Source: Candidatus Bathyarchaeota archaeon (GTDB taxonomy: Archaea > Thermoproteota > Bathyarchaeia > 40CM-2-53-6). From it: a stretch of DNA of 64,000 nt. Location: NCBI GenBank assembly GCA_963733055.1, contig CAVTBR010000001.1, positions 896,001 through 960,000 of the forward strand, written 5' to 3'. Below are positions 35,977 to 47,752 of this stretch, piece after piece; the stretch's first letter is position 1; each line of letters starts with the position of its first letter. The position numbers and the translations under genes are program-made. Below the pieces are notes generated by a model. It was given only the letters and a program-made list of their open reading frames with translations. It was not told the origin of the DNA and did no database searches.

Positions 35977-38900
35977 TTGATTAATAGGCTTAAGGGATTT
36001 TTTCTCATCGGACTATTCCTCTTAGGCATACTTGCAGTGGGAGTTCCTGTTCAAGCTCACTTCACGCTTGGCAACCTCACAGGCACTTATCCGTATCATA
36101 CTAATGATTTCGACCCGCATGTTCCGGGCGTTATTGGCTACGTATGGCCCGGCAGCGGTCAATGCGCGTATGATGGATTCCCGAACCAGGCGAACACAAA
36201 TGGCTGTGGACCTGGTTATCAGGCACCCTACCCAAACGGAAACCCGCCGGGTGCACCAAGCAATTCTTGGTACCAACTTCAAGGGGACACATATGCTCCA
36301 TTCGGAGCTATTCTCACGGGTACTTCCGGCGACTTGATTTTTGCATTGAACGCATCGGCATGGTCCACAGCTGCGTGCCAGGCCTCCAACGGTGGAACAG
36401 GCTGTACCCGCTTCAGTGGAAGATGGCAGGGGGTCGATATCCTAATCCCGCCGGGCTTCGGTGTTCCCGGAACACCCCAAATTGTCTCGACCATTACGAA
36501 CGATTACTCCGGGATTGCTGTGGCGAGAATCAGCCGCAATGACAGGTACGCACCTGGTTGGACGATGGTCGAGATTCTAGCTGACGCCGGCTTCGATTCG
36601 TCAAGCCCAACCGCAACCCCATATTACGATCACCAAAGCATTGACTTCTCGAGCGTGGGAGAATGGTATTACATTCGAATTAACGGCGTGCTCGCACCAT
36701 CGGTTGCCGGAAGGTACTTCTTCAAAATCCTTCTTGAAGGTGGAACCCCGTCAATCTGCGGAGAAGAAGGCACGGGCACGGGCAGTGGGGCTCTTCCGGG
36801 TGGAAGCTGTTCAGAATTTATTCCAACTGAGAACTGGCCCGTTGTACTCGTGAAGGGGGAGGTTGACCCAGCCATACTCACAGGCACGATCCGGTATGCC
36901 GGTTACAACTCGACACTCTACGGCCAACCAATCCAAGAAGCGGGAAGAGTTTCGGCAAAGATGAGCATGCGTATTGACCCCTACACAGGCCAGCAGAGAT
37001 CAGATTTGCCAACGATTGATGCGATCGGTTACTTCAACGCCACAGCCGACGGCCATTATGAAGTCGAGGGCTTGGCGCCCGGTGTATATGATATCTACGC
37101 TGAAGCTGCGGGATATCCACAGACGTTGTGCACGAGTGGCGTAACCATCCTCAAGGGCCAATCGTTGCACTTCGACTGCTACCTCCAACCGGGGCCGGTG
37201 ATTCACGGTAACGTGTTCACGAAGCACCAGTTCGGTGATGAACCCTGGCCTCTGGGAGACACTGGAACCCCAGGCGGACTAAACGGGCTGGCTGGCACCG
37301 GAGCCGACGTTAACGGTGAATACATGAAAATTGAACTCTACGCCAACGCAACACTCAACAACATACCCGATCCAAGCGCGAACCTGGTGTCATGGTCTCC
37401 TCTTCCATGCGTTGCTGGGGGGCAGGAGCTTTACACAGGTCGGTATACGGCGGGTGCATGCAATGATCCGCGACTTGGCAGTCAGGTAGCATTTCCGTGG
37501 CATGAATACACGCCAAGCAACGGTTACGGCGTTCCTAACCCCGCGACTGCAGTGAGTAATGTCATACCTGGCGGCTACTACCAAGTGTCCGCGGGTGGCA
37601 GGGCGGGAAGTGGTGTTTACTTCGGAAACCTAATGCAAGACCCACAGGGCGTTGGCCCACCACAGCACTGGTTTGTCAACGGCGGAACAACAACCCCATT
37701 CCACTTCGAATTCGGTGTGAAGGGCGAGTATGGTGCACCACGAGACCTTGACGGAATGGTTCCTCAGGTGTATGCCACTTGGGTTAACGGTCTCACGCCA
37801 GGAAGGTACTATGTGCGTGCTTGGACCTTCCGTTACGTTCAAACTGCCCTGGACGGTTCCACGTTCCAAGAATACTACTTTGATGTGACTCCGAACGAGT
37901 GGGCGGGCGACGTAACATTACCAATTGACCTACGCTTGTCGAGCTGGGTGAATAAGACGGTGTACTTCCACGACACCGCCCTCAATACCATAACAACTTC
38001 ACCAATCGACACAGGCGCCGGAGTCATGTCCGGCGTATTGGTTGATGCTAACGGCGTTGTTTGGTCGTACAACCAGACGCTACTAGGTTACAGAGGCTTC
38101 TACACGCTGGGTGCAAAGTCTGGATGGGGCGCAGGAGCCTTCTTCTCCACCTCGACTCTGAGAGTCAGGAACGACCTCGATAAGGCGAAACTGAACGCCC
38201 ATGCAGTTGAGATGGGTCGAGCAGATATTCAGTTCTGGGGTTGGAACGATACTTGGGGTGGTGAGAATTACGGTATTCCGAGTGGAACGTACACCCCGCA
38301 CGTCTATGTGCTCGGTTACCTTGAGCATGGTTCTGAGCAGGTTTCAGTAACGCTGAGTGGTAACCCAACCGCTATCAGCGACCACATGTACCGCGGCGTA
38401 GGCTTCAACCTCACCGTCTACAGCATCGACTGGGAACGGCCCCGAGTTAGCAGGAATTGGGTTTGGGGCAACCCGGTCGGCTACACAGTTACACCGGGCG
38501 GTATTACTTCACCGACTGCGCCCTCAGGAATACCAACCACTCATGGAAGTGACCCAAGCTTCGCCGGTGACCCACGCAACGTGAACGGTATATACATGGT
38601 CGGTGAAGAGATCGATATTGGCGTATACGCGAATGGCACCCTAATCGACTTCATCGGCGACGTTCCTTCCAATTTGCAAGACACGGTGCTGACCAGTTGC
38701 CTCTTCCAGGACGATTCAAACTCCACTGTTCAAATGTGTGGAGGCGGCTGGGACGCCCAATACCAGCAACCAGGCAGCGGCTTAGTGCCGTACCAAGGTA
38801 ATTCGAATGACGCGTACTTTGGCCAAGAGATGAGCGATCCGGGTTTTGTGGGTGGTTACACAGGCGGCATATCCTACTTCACCACTAGAACCCAATTGTT

Positions 38901-40308
38901 CGCGCCAGCCCATTGGAGCCCAACCACCCTATCGGACGGAGGAACGTACAGCCAAGCCGTCACAGGCTACCTCCCACTATACCCATCAGCGATCCCGAGC
39001 GGCCAATATGATTTGAGAGGGTTCACTTACGGGTACATTCAGGACAAATCCTTCTCCGTCTACGCGCAGCCCAGCCAAGTGGCAGATATGAAGATTAACC
39101 TCGTAATCGGTCTCAACGTGAGCTTGGACATCCTCTTCAAGAAAGAGAGCATCATCACGCCAACCGACGCCAACATGTCTGCAAGGGTAAGGTTGTTCGA
39201 TGATTCAGGCACTTTGGTCGCCGAATGGATGTCGAGCGAAGGCACGTACGTAACAGGAAAGGGATTCGCAAGAGCAGCGGACGGAACGGACCAATACCCG
39301 TTCGGCCCACTACACCCCGCGATCCCCGTACCCAAACCACTCAACACCTACAACTACTTACCCGGAGGCGTGACACTGCTACACGTCTTAATGGCTGGGT
39401 TCCCTCAGGTACCTGCCGCAGGCACTGATGCTGGAGTCCTATCACCTTTCGTTCCCCAGCAAATATACTTCAACGATCCACTATTCGCAACCACGATCTG
39501 CGGCTTCCAAGTAGACTGCTACACAAGCCCAGGCACCGGACTAGGCGTAGGCGTGCCAGGATATTTCCCCAACACTGGAATCTCCGGGGCACCAGATTAT
39601 ACCGGCGGCTGGACGGCTGAAGTAGACTTCGTCCCATGGTACGCCAACAACACAAGCACGATGGAATTTGCGAGTGGCGGTGTACAAGTCGCAACGCAGG
39701 GCAGCACCTTCGCACAGTACTATCCCCCAGTCAACGGCTTGCTCATGGGCGAATCTTATCACATCATCCCAGGCACCACGGCGACCTCAGGCATCAGCCT
39801 AACAGAGGACACCGCGCTCAAACCTGAACTGATCGGACACAGCCTCGCCGCCAACCACCTAGGACCATACTCGCAGAAGGGCGTCTGGCAAATAGCCGGC
39901 ACCCACAACAGCGGTGAAGCAAGCGGCATATTCGAAGTAGACCTCAACGGCTTCGTGTCAGGCAACGCCTTAGCATTCACTTGGAGCAACGAGTTCCGGC
40001 CATTGAGCTGGGGCTTAGTCAACGTCGTCGGCGCGAGCGCAATCAACTCGACCGGATGGAACTTCTACACGTACGACGGCATCTACCAAGCCTACCTACC
40101 CACGGGAACATACAAGTTCACCATCAGCGCACCAGGGTACGCGGCTCAAACCTGGTCAGTCTCAATCTCACCAGGCCAGACAGGCACAGGCCAGAACATC
40201 TACCTAGAACAGACTAACATACCCGTCCCAGAATTCACCGCAATCGCAATAGTCACCATCTCGGCGCTAGCAGGATCACTATACCTACTAAGACGCAGAC
40301 GCAAGTAG
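35977..40308 (+). CDS. Large cell-surface glycoprotein with PEF-CTERM archaeosortase signal (S-layer candidate)
   Basis: Signal peptide, several carboxypeptidase-regulatory-like beta-sandwiches, many N-x-S/T sequons, C-terminal VPEF-TM-RRRRK. Confidence 0.88.
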   Translation: MINRLKGFFLIGLFLLGILAVGVPVQAHFTLGNLTGTYPYHTNDFDPHVPGVIGYVWPGSGQCAYDGFPNQANTNGCGPGYQAPYPNGNPPGAPSNSWYQLQGDTYAPFGAILTGTSGDLIFALNASAWSTAACQASNGGTGCTRFSGRWQGVDILIPPGFGVPGTPQIVSTITNDYSGIAVARISRNDRYAPGWTMVEILADAGFDSSSPTATPYYDHQSIDFSSVGEWYYIRINGVLAPSVAGRYFFKILLEGGTPSICGEEGTGTGSGALPGGSCSEFIPTENWPVVLVKGEVDPAILTGTIRYAGYNSTLYGQPIQEAGRVSAKMSMRIDPYTGQQRSDLPTIDAIGYFNATADGHYEVEGLAPGVYDIYAEAAGYPQTLCTSGVTILKGQSLHFDCYLQPGPVIHGNVFTKHQFGDEPWPLGDTGTPGGLNGLAGTGADVNGEYMKIELYANATLNNIPDPSANLVSWSPLPCVAGGQELYTGRYTAGACNDPRLGSQVAFPWHEYTPSNGYGVPNPATAVSNVIPGGYYQVSAGGRAGSGVYFGNLMQDPQGVGPPQHWFVNGGTTTPFHFEFGVKGEYGAPRDLDGMVPQVYATWVNGLTPGRYYVRAWTFRYVQTALDGSTFQEYYFDVTPNEWAGDVTLPIDLRLSSWVNKTVYFHDTALNTITTSPIDTGAGVMSGVLVDANGVVWSYNQTLLGYRGFYTLGAKSGWGAGAFFSTSTLRVRNDLDKAKLNAHAVEMGRADIQFWGWNDTWGGENYGIPSGTYTPHVYVLGYLEHGSEQVSVTLSGNPTAISDHMYRGVGFNLTVYSIDWERPRVSRNWVWGNPVGYTVTPGGITSPTAPSGIPTTHGSDPSFAGDPRNVNGIYMVGEEIDIGVYANGTLIDFIGDVPSNLQDTVLTSCLFQDDSNSTVQMCGGGWDAQYQQPGSGLVPYQGNSNDAYFGQEMSDPGFVGGYTGGISYFTTRTQLFAPAHWSPTTLSDGGTYSQAVTGYLPLYPSAIPSGQYDLRGFTYGYIQDKSFSVYAQPSQVADMKINLVIGLNVSLDILFKKESIITPTDANMSARVRLFDDSGTLVAEWMSSEGTYVTGKGFARAADGTDQYPFGPLHPAIPVPKPLNTYNYLPGGVTLLHVLMAGFPQVPAAGTDAGVLSPFVPQQIYFNDPLFATTICGFQVDCYTSPGTGLGVGVPGYFPNTGISGAPDYTGGWTAEVDFVPWYANNTSTMEFASGGVQVATQGSTFAQYYPPVNGLLMGESYHIIPGTTATSGISLTEDTALKPELIGHSLAANHLGPYSQKGVWQIAGTHNSGEASGIFEVDLNGFVSGNALAFTWSNEFRPLSWGLVNVVGASAINSTGWNFYTYDGIYQAYLPTGTYKFTISAPGYAAQTWSVSISPGQTGTGQNIYLEQTNIPVPEFTAIAIVTISALAGSLYLLRRRRK

Positions 40309-40568
40309 AGCCACAGACCAACTGGGCACGCAGATGCCCTCGAATCCTCCCATTTTCATTAGTTGCCGCTTTGAAACAAGACGAGAGAGTTTCCTGCTAA
40401 GATACGACGAAGCGCGCTGGTTCCAGGAATTGCGTCAAGTTGAGGGCTGACCTTTCCGAGTCAGATCTTGCCAGCAAGCAGGTTTCGAATCGTTCACAGA
40501 AAAGTCGGTAGAGTAGATGTGATCTTTTGCAAGACATTGCATGACTATTACGCCTATGGCTCAATATG

Positions 40569-41207
40569 TCATAGGTGAGGCAGGTGGGTAGTACTCGACT
40601 TTGGGTTTTGGACTGCGAGTAAGAATTGTCGGGCCAATGCAATCATTGTAACCCCTACCGTGAGCAGACTGAGCGCGATAAGGATGGGAGTCAAGCTGAT
40701 TCCCCATGGTGTGTAGTTAACCAACACGCCCGTAAACATCGTCAAGGCTAAACTTAATCCAATACTCAACGCGAAGCGTTCGATTGAATTCAATTCACTG
40801 CCTCTGGGAAACAGAGCTTCAACCGTCGCGAAGCCTGGTATGAAGAGAACGAATATCGACCCCAGGACCCACCGAAGAACCACAAATGGAAATTGAACTG
40901 GCACCGCATAGACTGTGAAAATGGCAGCGAACGAGATGATCAATGTTCCGTAAAGCCAGAGATTTCTCTCCCAAAGTAGCAGATATTGACCAAATGATGC
41001 TTCGAGTGGAATGTCTTCCAACTTAGCTTTACCTTGGTCAGCCAATCTCCAGAGTGTATCCGCTAATTCCGATTCACTGAGTGAAGGAATCTCAACCCTG
41101 AGTAGCTCGTAGAGCGCGCGCACGCTGGTTGCACTATTTCTTTCGAGTATTTGCAAAGCTCGATCGTCGAGGCTCACGTCAGAATCTCGTGATTTCGCAG
41201 TTTTCAC
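40569..41207 (-). CDS. DUF1616-like membrane protein with N-terminal wHTH-like segment
   Basis: LFIPG.A.V.ALFP, ERFALSIGLSLAL, NYTPWGI. Confidence 0.8.
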   Translation of the reverse strand: MKTAKSRDSDVSLDDRALQILERNSATSVRALYELLRVEIPSLSESELADTLWRLADQGKAKLEDIPLEASFGQYLLLWERNLWLYGTLIISFAAIFTVYAVPVQFPFVVLRWVLGSIFVLFIPGFATVEALFPRGSELNSIERFALSIGLSLALTMFTGVLVNYTPWGISLTPILIALSLLTVGVTMIALARQFLLAVQNPKSSTTHLPHL

Positions 41208-41355
41208 TTTTGCGAATCCCCACCGATATTGCTATATTTTATGCGTGTGGATACTTGAATCAATCTTGATGGGTATGGATTTCCATGCTAACCATGATTA
41301 ACATGTTCGCATTATTAGCCGTGAACCTAATTTACCTCTAGAATGGATATGTCGC

Positions 41356-41847
41356 TTGTCGACTTTCATGATTAGAGTCTCGGCGCTGCTGGTGTTTTCT
41401 CTTTCATTCGTCGCTATCGTTGTGCTCGTGCAATCGGCTTCGGTGACCTCGCAATCTGTCAATTCTCAAATGCAGTTGAGCAAAGCGATTCAAGACGTAC
41501 AAGCAGCTGAGTTGTCAGGAGCGAACCCTGACGAAATGAGAGAACTAGCTGTCCAGCTCAACACGATAATTGGGATACAGGTTGAGTTGCAAAACTTGTC
41601 TCCTCAAGAGCTGGGCAAGAGAGCACAACTTACCGAGCAAATCAACAATACACTGACGAGTATAGATATGCAATCGAATGAAATCACGACCAGAGCGTCA
41701 CAGAGAACCTCCATCAACCATCTTGTCGCCTATTCTTCGGGTGTTGTCGGAGCGGTAATCGTAACTGTCGTGTACCATTATGGCACCTTGCTCCGGCGCA
41801 GATATCGAGTTAAGCGAACATTTCAGATGAAAATCATTCTAAGATGA
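41356..41847 (+). CDS. Membrane protein (TM - helical domain - TM)
   Basis: Two terminal hydrophobic helices and a basic tail. Confidence 0.65.
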   Translation: MSTFMIRVSALLVFSLSFVAIVVLVQSASVTSQSVNSQMQLSKAIQDVQAAELSGANPDEMRELAVQLNTIIGIQVELQNLSPQELGKRAQLTEQINNTLTSIDMQSNEITTRASQRTSINHLVAYSSGVVGAVIVTVVYHYGTLLRRRYRVKRTFQMKIILR

Positions 41848-41863
41848 CGGAATAGTGAATTGA

Positions 41864-42502
41864 TTGGGCTCCAGGAGCGGGATCATTCGCCTACTGCCGG
41901 TCTTCCTGACGTTACTCATCGTCTTAGAAAGCGTTGCATACGCAACCACCATTCCGAGGCCTAGCGAGAAATTCTTTCAGTTATACATGCTCGGATCTAC
42001 TGGAACAGCGGGTAACTACTATCCGAATAATTCATCTAGTCTCAAGCTCGGCGAAAACGTTCAGTGGAATCTTGAGCTAGTAAACAATATGGGTTCACTG
42101 CAGTACGTTTCGATCCTAGTGAAACTGGGCAATCAAACAATCAATTCCCCTAACGATACCCTGGCACAAGCCTCGCCAGCTCCCCTGATAACCGAATTCA
42201 AACATTTCATACTGAACAACGAAACTTGGAGCGTTCCATTTGATTGGCAAATTGCGAACTACACGATAACGACGGACGGACATCTAAGAATCCATTCGTT
42301 TACAATAGACAATGCGACTTATGTATTTGAGAACTCACCTGTTTGCCCCGGAATCAATTCGTGCAGCTTCAGACTAATCTTTGAACTCTGGACATGGAAC
42401 GTTGACTCCAACAATTTCCAGCCGGGCTGGTCGAACGATGGCCAACAGAGAATAGCGTGGCTTCAACTCTGGTTCAACTTGGTCCCAGCGGGACCCCGAT
42501 AG
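41864..42502 (+). CDS. DUF1616-like exported domain protein
   Basis: E.F..LY.LG..G.A.NYP, V.N.MG, RLIFELW, LQLWFN. Confidence 0.75.
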   Translation: MGSRSGIIRLLPVFLTLLIVLESVAYATTIPRPSEKFFQLYMLGSTGTAGNYYPNNSSSLKLGENVQWNLELVNNMGSLQYVSILVKLGNQTINSPNDTLAQASPAPLITEFKHFILNNETWSVPFDWQIANYTITTDGHLRIHSFTIDNATYVFENSPVCPGINSCSFRLIFELWTWNVDSNNFQPGWSNDGQQRIAWLQLWFNLVPAGPR

Positions 42503-42851
42503 ATAGACATCATCGCCTTCATTTTCCGAATGAATATTACGGTTCAAATTCAGTTACCCTCACCAGCTTAAACACACAAAATTACTCAAACGACAACGGG
42601 TCAAATTTGATCGATCGACGGGCAGCTTGGGGCGACACCCCCGGCAGTCCTCTACGCTCATGACAGGACCTGCACGTAGGTCTATCAAGATCAGAATCAT
42701 AGTTGCCTCCAAAGCAAGCAAGAGGATTAGCAAGATCAACACTACCCTGCATAAGACACCTATCAAGAAGATCGAAGATATTCACTAACCCAATTCGCAT
42801 GAAAATCCAACTCTCACAACGGATAAGAGATACTAGCCTGATTTTTCCTCC

Positions 42852-43634
42852 ATGCCTTACGAGAAGATCGAGAGCGAGCGGGTCAGGAGATCCTTCCTTG
42901 AGACTTCGGCCAAAGGTACATTCTCGGATTACGTGAATAAATATCCCTCGGAGGTTGCGAGGCTCCGATCTTTCTCCATGAAAGTACTGCAGCCGGAAGG
43001 AAAAACCTGTCTCTCAGTAGGCTGCGGAATGGGAGGTTACTTAGAGGCGTACCGAATGAACGGTGCCAGAATGGTCGTTGGTGTTGACATAAACCGAGAA
43101 AACCTTATGCTTTGCAAGAAAACAGGTGCAGGACTGTTACTCAGTGACATAGAACATCTAAGTATCCGGGATGATGTCGTAGATGCTCTGGATTGCGTTG
43201 AAGCAATGCAGTACCCCCCTAATCCAGAAATAGTGATGCAAGAGGTGTATCGAATACTAAAAAAGAGAAACGGAATTTCTTTCATAACTTGGAAGCATCA
43301 TGATATGGGCTACTGGCTGAAAGCGTTCCAAGATCGAGACGTGAGCTTGAGGGCGGTCATAGGCATCAGAGATCTGATCCTTGATAAATATCCTGCCGTT
43401 GTTAGAAAAAGAATGCGAGAGAGTAAGTTGCTGAGTCCGATCATTAGGGGGTATGCCACCTTCGGAAGTCACACCCGAGGCTTCTCTTTCCGATATGTAT
43501 TGGCAATCTACAAGAAAACAACCATGGAAATCATTCTCTTGAAGTGGATTAACGATCAACATACGATTGTAGTCGTAGGTAGGCCAGCAACCCCTAGAAA
43601 TAGGCTTAACCTCGTGAGTCGAAAAGGACGATAG
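42852..43634 (+). CDS. Class I SAM-dependent methyltransferase
   Basis: LSVGCGMG, VVGVDI, SDIEHL, EVYRILK. Confidence 0.85.
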   Translation: MPYEKIESERVRRSFLETSAKGTFSDYVNKYPSEVARLRSFSMKVLQPEGKTCLSVGCGMGGYLEAYRMNGARMVVGVDINRENLMLCKKTGAGLLLSDIEHLSIRDDVVDALDCVEAMQYPPNPEIVMQEVYRILKKRNGISFITWKHHDMGYWLKAFQDRDVSLRAVIGIRDLILDKYPAVVRKRMRESKLLSPIIRGYATFGSHTRGFSFRYVLAIYKKTTMEIILLKWINDQHTIVVVGRPATPRNRLNLVSRKGR

Positions 43635-44029
43635 TCATTGTACAGGAAACCAAAGGATCAGGCACCAAACGCAAGTAAACAGACCTAGCAACCGAGCGTA
43701 GACGACGCATTACCTACCATTGGAGATAACCATTGAGACGGTTGAAGAAGTTCTTAAAGAAAGGTAGCAAATTCAAGCGATTTTTCACACCTCATTCAGC
43801 CGATGCGTATCAGCCAATCGCTTCATGTTTCTACAATAAATCATCTTTCTGTTGTGGTAATCTACTTTATCTTCGGCAGTATATTTGTTGCGTTTGGAAT
43901 ATCCTATCACCCCACGAGATGGGCTAATAGATCTATGGGGTTGCGGCTGCCTATGCCGGCGGCACGAAATTTATCCGGTTTATCATAGGCTTTTGGAAAG
44001 AGTCGGCTGCTTCTTGTCGTTGCCCTGAC

Positions 44030-44236
44030 ATGATACTGATTTCGGTCGGATTGGCTGGTCTGGTTTATGTGACCACATTCGGTGTGTCGAGTCAACCATC
44101 ATATTTGTTCGAGTCGCTCGATATCCTTACGTGGATTTGTGTTGTTTCCTCGCTTCTTGTCTTCGCTAGCGAATGGATCTTGGGCAGGCGACGAAAGAAC
44201 AGCGCAAAGGAGATGCGAAATGTCGAGCGCATATGA
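44030..44236 (+). CDS. Small membrane protein or fragment (possibly continuous with 43803..43988)
   Basis: Two hydrophobic stretches and a basic tail; no family recognised. Confidence 0.3.
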   Translation: MILISVGLAGLVYVTTFGVSSQPSYLFESLDILTWICVVSSLLVFASEWILGRRRKNSAKEMRNVERI

Positions 44237-44320
44237 CTTCTCATTTGGGGACGTGGGTGGCGCGGTGCAGGCGTCCAGATTTGAACCAGACTGGTGTGTG
44301 CACCAGCCTTGCCACGATAA

Positions 44321-45013
44321 CTATGCTCGTTTTCTAATGACTCTGGCGGGGACCCCTGCCGCAACGCAATTCGGAGCTATGTCCTCTGTAACCACCGAGC
44401 CGGCCCCCACTACAGAACCTTTTCCAATTGTGACTCCCTTCAAAACGATTACGTTGGCACCTATCCAAGTATTTGAGCCAATGGTCACTCCTTTTCCAAG
44501 ATTCCCTTGTTCCCCGATGAGTTTGTTCACGTCACCAAATGAATGATCATAATCAATTATGCAGCATCTATACGCAATTAGTGCGTCCTCACCAATCTCC
44601 AACTTATTCTCGATATCCATTACTGTAGAGTCATGAACACTAACTCTTTCTTTAATGTCTACCATCCCATTGGAGGCACAACGTATTATTACCCCGCGGC
44701 CGATGTAGCATCCTTTCCGAATAAGAATCGCTCCCTTGCGATCTTGTACAAAGCGATTCTCACCTGCGAGCATGACAGAGAAATCAATTTCATAACCTCG
44801 GGCTCTCAGAAATATAATGTGCAGTTTTGAAGCCAAGAAGAGCAGTAAGAAACAAATTGAAGAATATGCCCATTCAACCATACCTTTTGCCTTCAACTTA
44901 GAAATTTCAAGCTTCAACTGACGACAGAAGTAGAGATACGCACGACGTCGTAGAGAAGAACGCTCTCTAGCCGTCCTAAGGTTGGTGATTGGGCCTTCGA
45001 CGCTCTCTGTCAT
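44321..45013 (-). CDS. Hexapeptide-repeat (left-handed beta-helix) O-acyltransferase
   Basis: IG..TWIGANV.VL.GVTIG.GSVVGAGSVVT.D..P..VAAGVPARVI. Confidence 0.9.
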   Translation of the reverse strand: MTESVEGPITNLRTARERSSLRRRAYLYFCRQLKLEISKLKAKGMVEWAYSSICFLLLFLASKLHIIFLRARGYEIDFSVMLAGENRFVQDRKGAILIRKGCYIGRGVIIRCASNGMVDIKERVSVHDSTVMDIENKLEIGEDALIAYRCCIIDYDHSFGDVNKLIGEQGNLGKGVTIGSNTWIGANVIVLKGVTIGKGSVVGAGSVVTEDIAPNCVAAGVPARVIRKRA

Positions 45014-45610
45014 TCGATATCGCCGCGTCGTTTGATCCTCATCGAATACGACGTTGTGCGACAGACATATTTGAGTATTAAAAGCCGTTTCCGAGTGTCA
45101 TCCCATTTTTACCTAATCAGCAATTGCGCGGCAAAGGGCGCTTCCAACGTGATGTTGAGGTAAGTTGGTCTCTTGCCAACGTTTTTCATGACGGTGGGAG
45201 TGTTTCGACTGTGCAATCCTATGGCCAGTTCTTCACAGGTAGCATTGCCAGGTCGAAGTTTACTCAAGCTCGAATGCGTCACTAACATAGCCAAGTAGAC
45301 AAGAGGGTTCCTGCAGTTTTCCTAAAATCCCTGATCGCGTACCGACTATGGCACTCTGAGCACGCATCCCCCGCGTGTATTTTGGTGGCTATCTCTGATA
45401 GACGTGCGGGTTTGCGTACGAATCGCTGCAAAACCCCCAAAGTCATCCTCGGATGGCAACCATACACGACCTTCTTGAAGGGATATGAAGAAACATTAGA
45501 ATGGAGTTCTTGAGCTAATCAGAGCCAACTACTGCACGAATTGACACCGGTTATCTTGAGTCGTTCGGTTGCGTCTTTGATTGAAACGGACAGACGTGTT
45601 GCATGTGACT

Positions 45611-47424
45611 TTATGTTCCTGCAGGTTGATAGACAGTAGCTCCGTCAGAGAAGATTCTATTCTGACTCAAGAGTTCGTTTGAGTATTTGGCAACGGGCCA
45701 CAATTCATCACCGTATCCTGTCCCATAACCCGAAACCGTATTGAATAGACTTAAGTAAAGATAGCTTCCCGACGCAGTGCACTTCCCGAGTGAGACCTGT
45801 CCCAGTTCATAGTTGTCGCCTTGAATCGGGTCTCGATTACCGTAGACGGCTAGGACATGAAGTATCGAAACGTAATCCGCACACACCACCCGCGAATTAG
45901 AGCCATACACCTTGAGCCACAAAGCGGCTTGCTTGTCTGGCTCCACAATATACCATCCATAATATTCGAATTGCATGTCGATGTTTTTTGAATCTTTCAT
46001 CCTATTCCAGTCAAAAGTAATTGCGGTAGGGAGAGGGTCCATGGCGACCGCCCAGACCCATCCAGAGGTGAATAGGAGGTACGAGAACAGTATCGCCGCA
46101 GCCACTGGCCTATCAGGAAAAGTGATGTGAACACGTTTAGCAGGTATGACGGGTATATTGCTCCGACAGAGGAAATGAGCCACTCAATACCTATCGGGAA
46201 GCAAGGCGAAATGAACAAAAGTGCAATGTGAAAGAAACGCGTGAAGTTGAGCAGACTTCCGAAGAATGGAAGAGCAACAGTGGCGAGGATGAGAAACAAA
46301 GATCCCGCCATAAGTGGAAGCATCTTTTTTTGGGCCGCGTTAGTATTTTTCCTCATTAGTAGAACGAAAAACCCGATAATGAGACTCATGATGACTAGAT
46401 ATTGTATGACTCTGTTCAACAAGTGCAGAGGTCCAGCCGTCGGATTCAACCCTAATGCAAGTTGGACCTCCGCTGGCCGCGTAACCGGATTCGATAGACC
46501 TCCCAAGCCACCCAATACTAATGAAAAAGAGCTGATGGCTCCAATAAGCGATGATCCGGCTGCAATGTATGCATACCAAGCGAGAGCTGCTACGCCCCAC
46601 AGAAGAAGAGTGAAATTGTCCAGGAACCGCTTGGCGTGATCAGGAAATATTCTAGCGGCAGCGATCGAGATTAGCATAAGAAACAGAAAGATATATGCTA
46701 CCGAATAGTGCGCCACAATTAGCCCAAGTGACAATATCATTGTAACGATTATTCCCGAACCTCTGCTCGATCGACTTCCCGAGAGTGAGAACATCAACAA
46801 TAACACCAAAAGGATTTCCGCGATCTCTTGTCGCCCTAAAGATGGCAAGTCAACGTAGAATGCGTAATAGGATATGAACAGAAAGACAGCCATGAAGCTC
46901 GCTGACGGAGCAAGAATCTGGCGATAGGACTTGTAAAGTATCACAGGAACCAACGAGAAGAGTATGGGAAGAACGAATTTGAAAATGGACAATCCATCAA
47001 GAGAAGAAACGATGCTTAGAACCGTTGGAAGAATCGTTATGCTCAAAGCCGAATTGTAAGGCAGGTTTCCAAAGCCAGCATTCCAAAGCCACGATCCGTG
47101 TTCCAGCACTTGAACAAATAAGTAAAACTCTTCGTTGACATCAGCTCCAGACAGATTACTTGAGGCCAAAGATCCTGAGAGCAACAAGAACACACTGATA
47201 CTCATGACTGCAACAAGGAACAGACTATCCGCGGTGTCCGTATCGTGCTTGAGCAGAACAATGAATACAGTCGAACCTAGCGCAAAGAGAATGATCAGTA
47301 TTGTACCTCGAGCGTCGAAATATGCGGCTAACATCCCTGTGCATGATAGTACAAGCATAAAACCCGCCAGGCACCACTGCACAAAATGTTCGGAAGAAGA
47401 TGGACTCTTGACCATGATGTTCAA
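45611..47424 (-). CDS. DUF2206-like polytopic membrane protein, split by a frameshift near 46150-46185 (ORFs 45997..47424 and 45611..46183)
   Basis: G.D...E, YNSALSITILP, RQEIAE, AHYS, RFFH; C-terminal ORF has D..AA.WL and NRIFSDG. Confidence 0.75.
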
Positions 47425-47752
47425 CTCAGCTTCGCTCCTTGATATCCGCTTCCAGATTCTCTGCTATCGCTTCGACTGAATAACGTGAGGCAATGGTTCG
47501 TCCCAAAACTGTTCATAATGAACGAGTCCGTAAATAGCCAGGGTAATAGACCCATGATAAATCAGACAGAGCATGTTCCCCTATTCTAAGTTTCGATCTT
47601 GGCCGACTGCTTCTCTCTCTTACTTAACCTCATAAGCCGTCAAGGTCAGCGAAACTCATCTTCACTTGTTTGCAAGCAGAGTCGATACCGATGACTTGTG
47701 TGAGTCATTAAGTAAAAAATGCGGCGCTCTGCTTTGTTTCTTCTTGAACCAC

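Noticed and set aside
45109-45467. Two short minus-strand ORFs as a split gene
   Set aside because: No family signature, so they cannot be distinguished from chance ORFs.
46140-46190. DUF2206 frameshift as another instance of the extra-C signature
   Set aside because: Repair needs one base added or two removed, unlike the four single-C cases, and the site cannot be pinned down.
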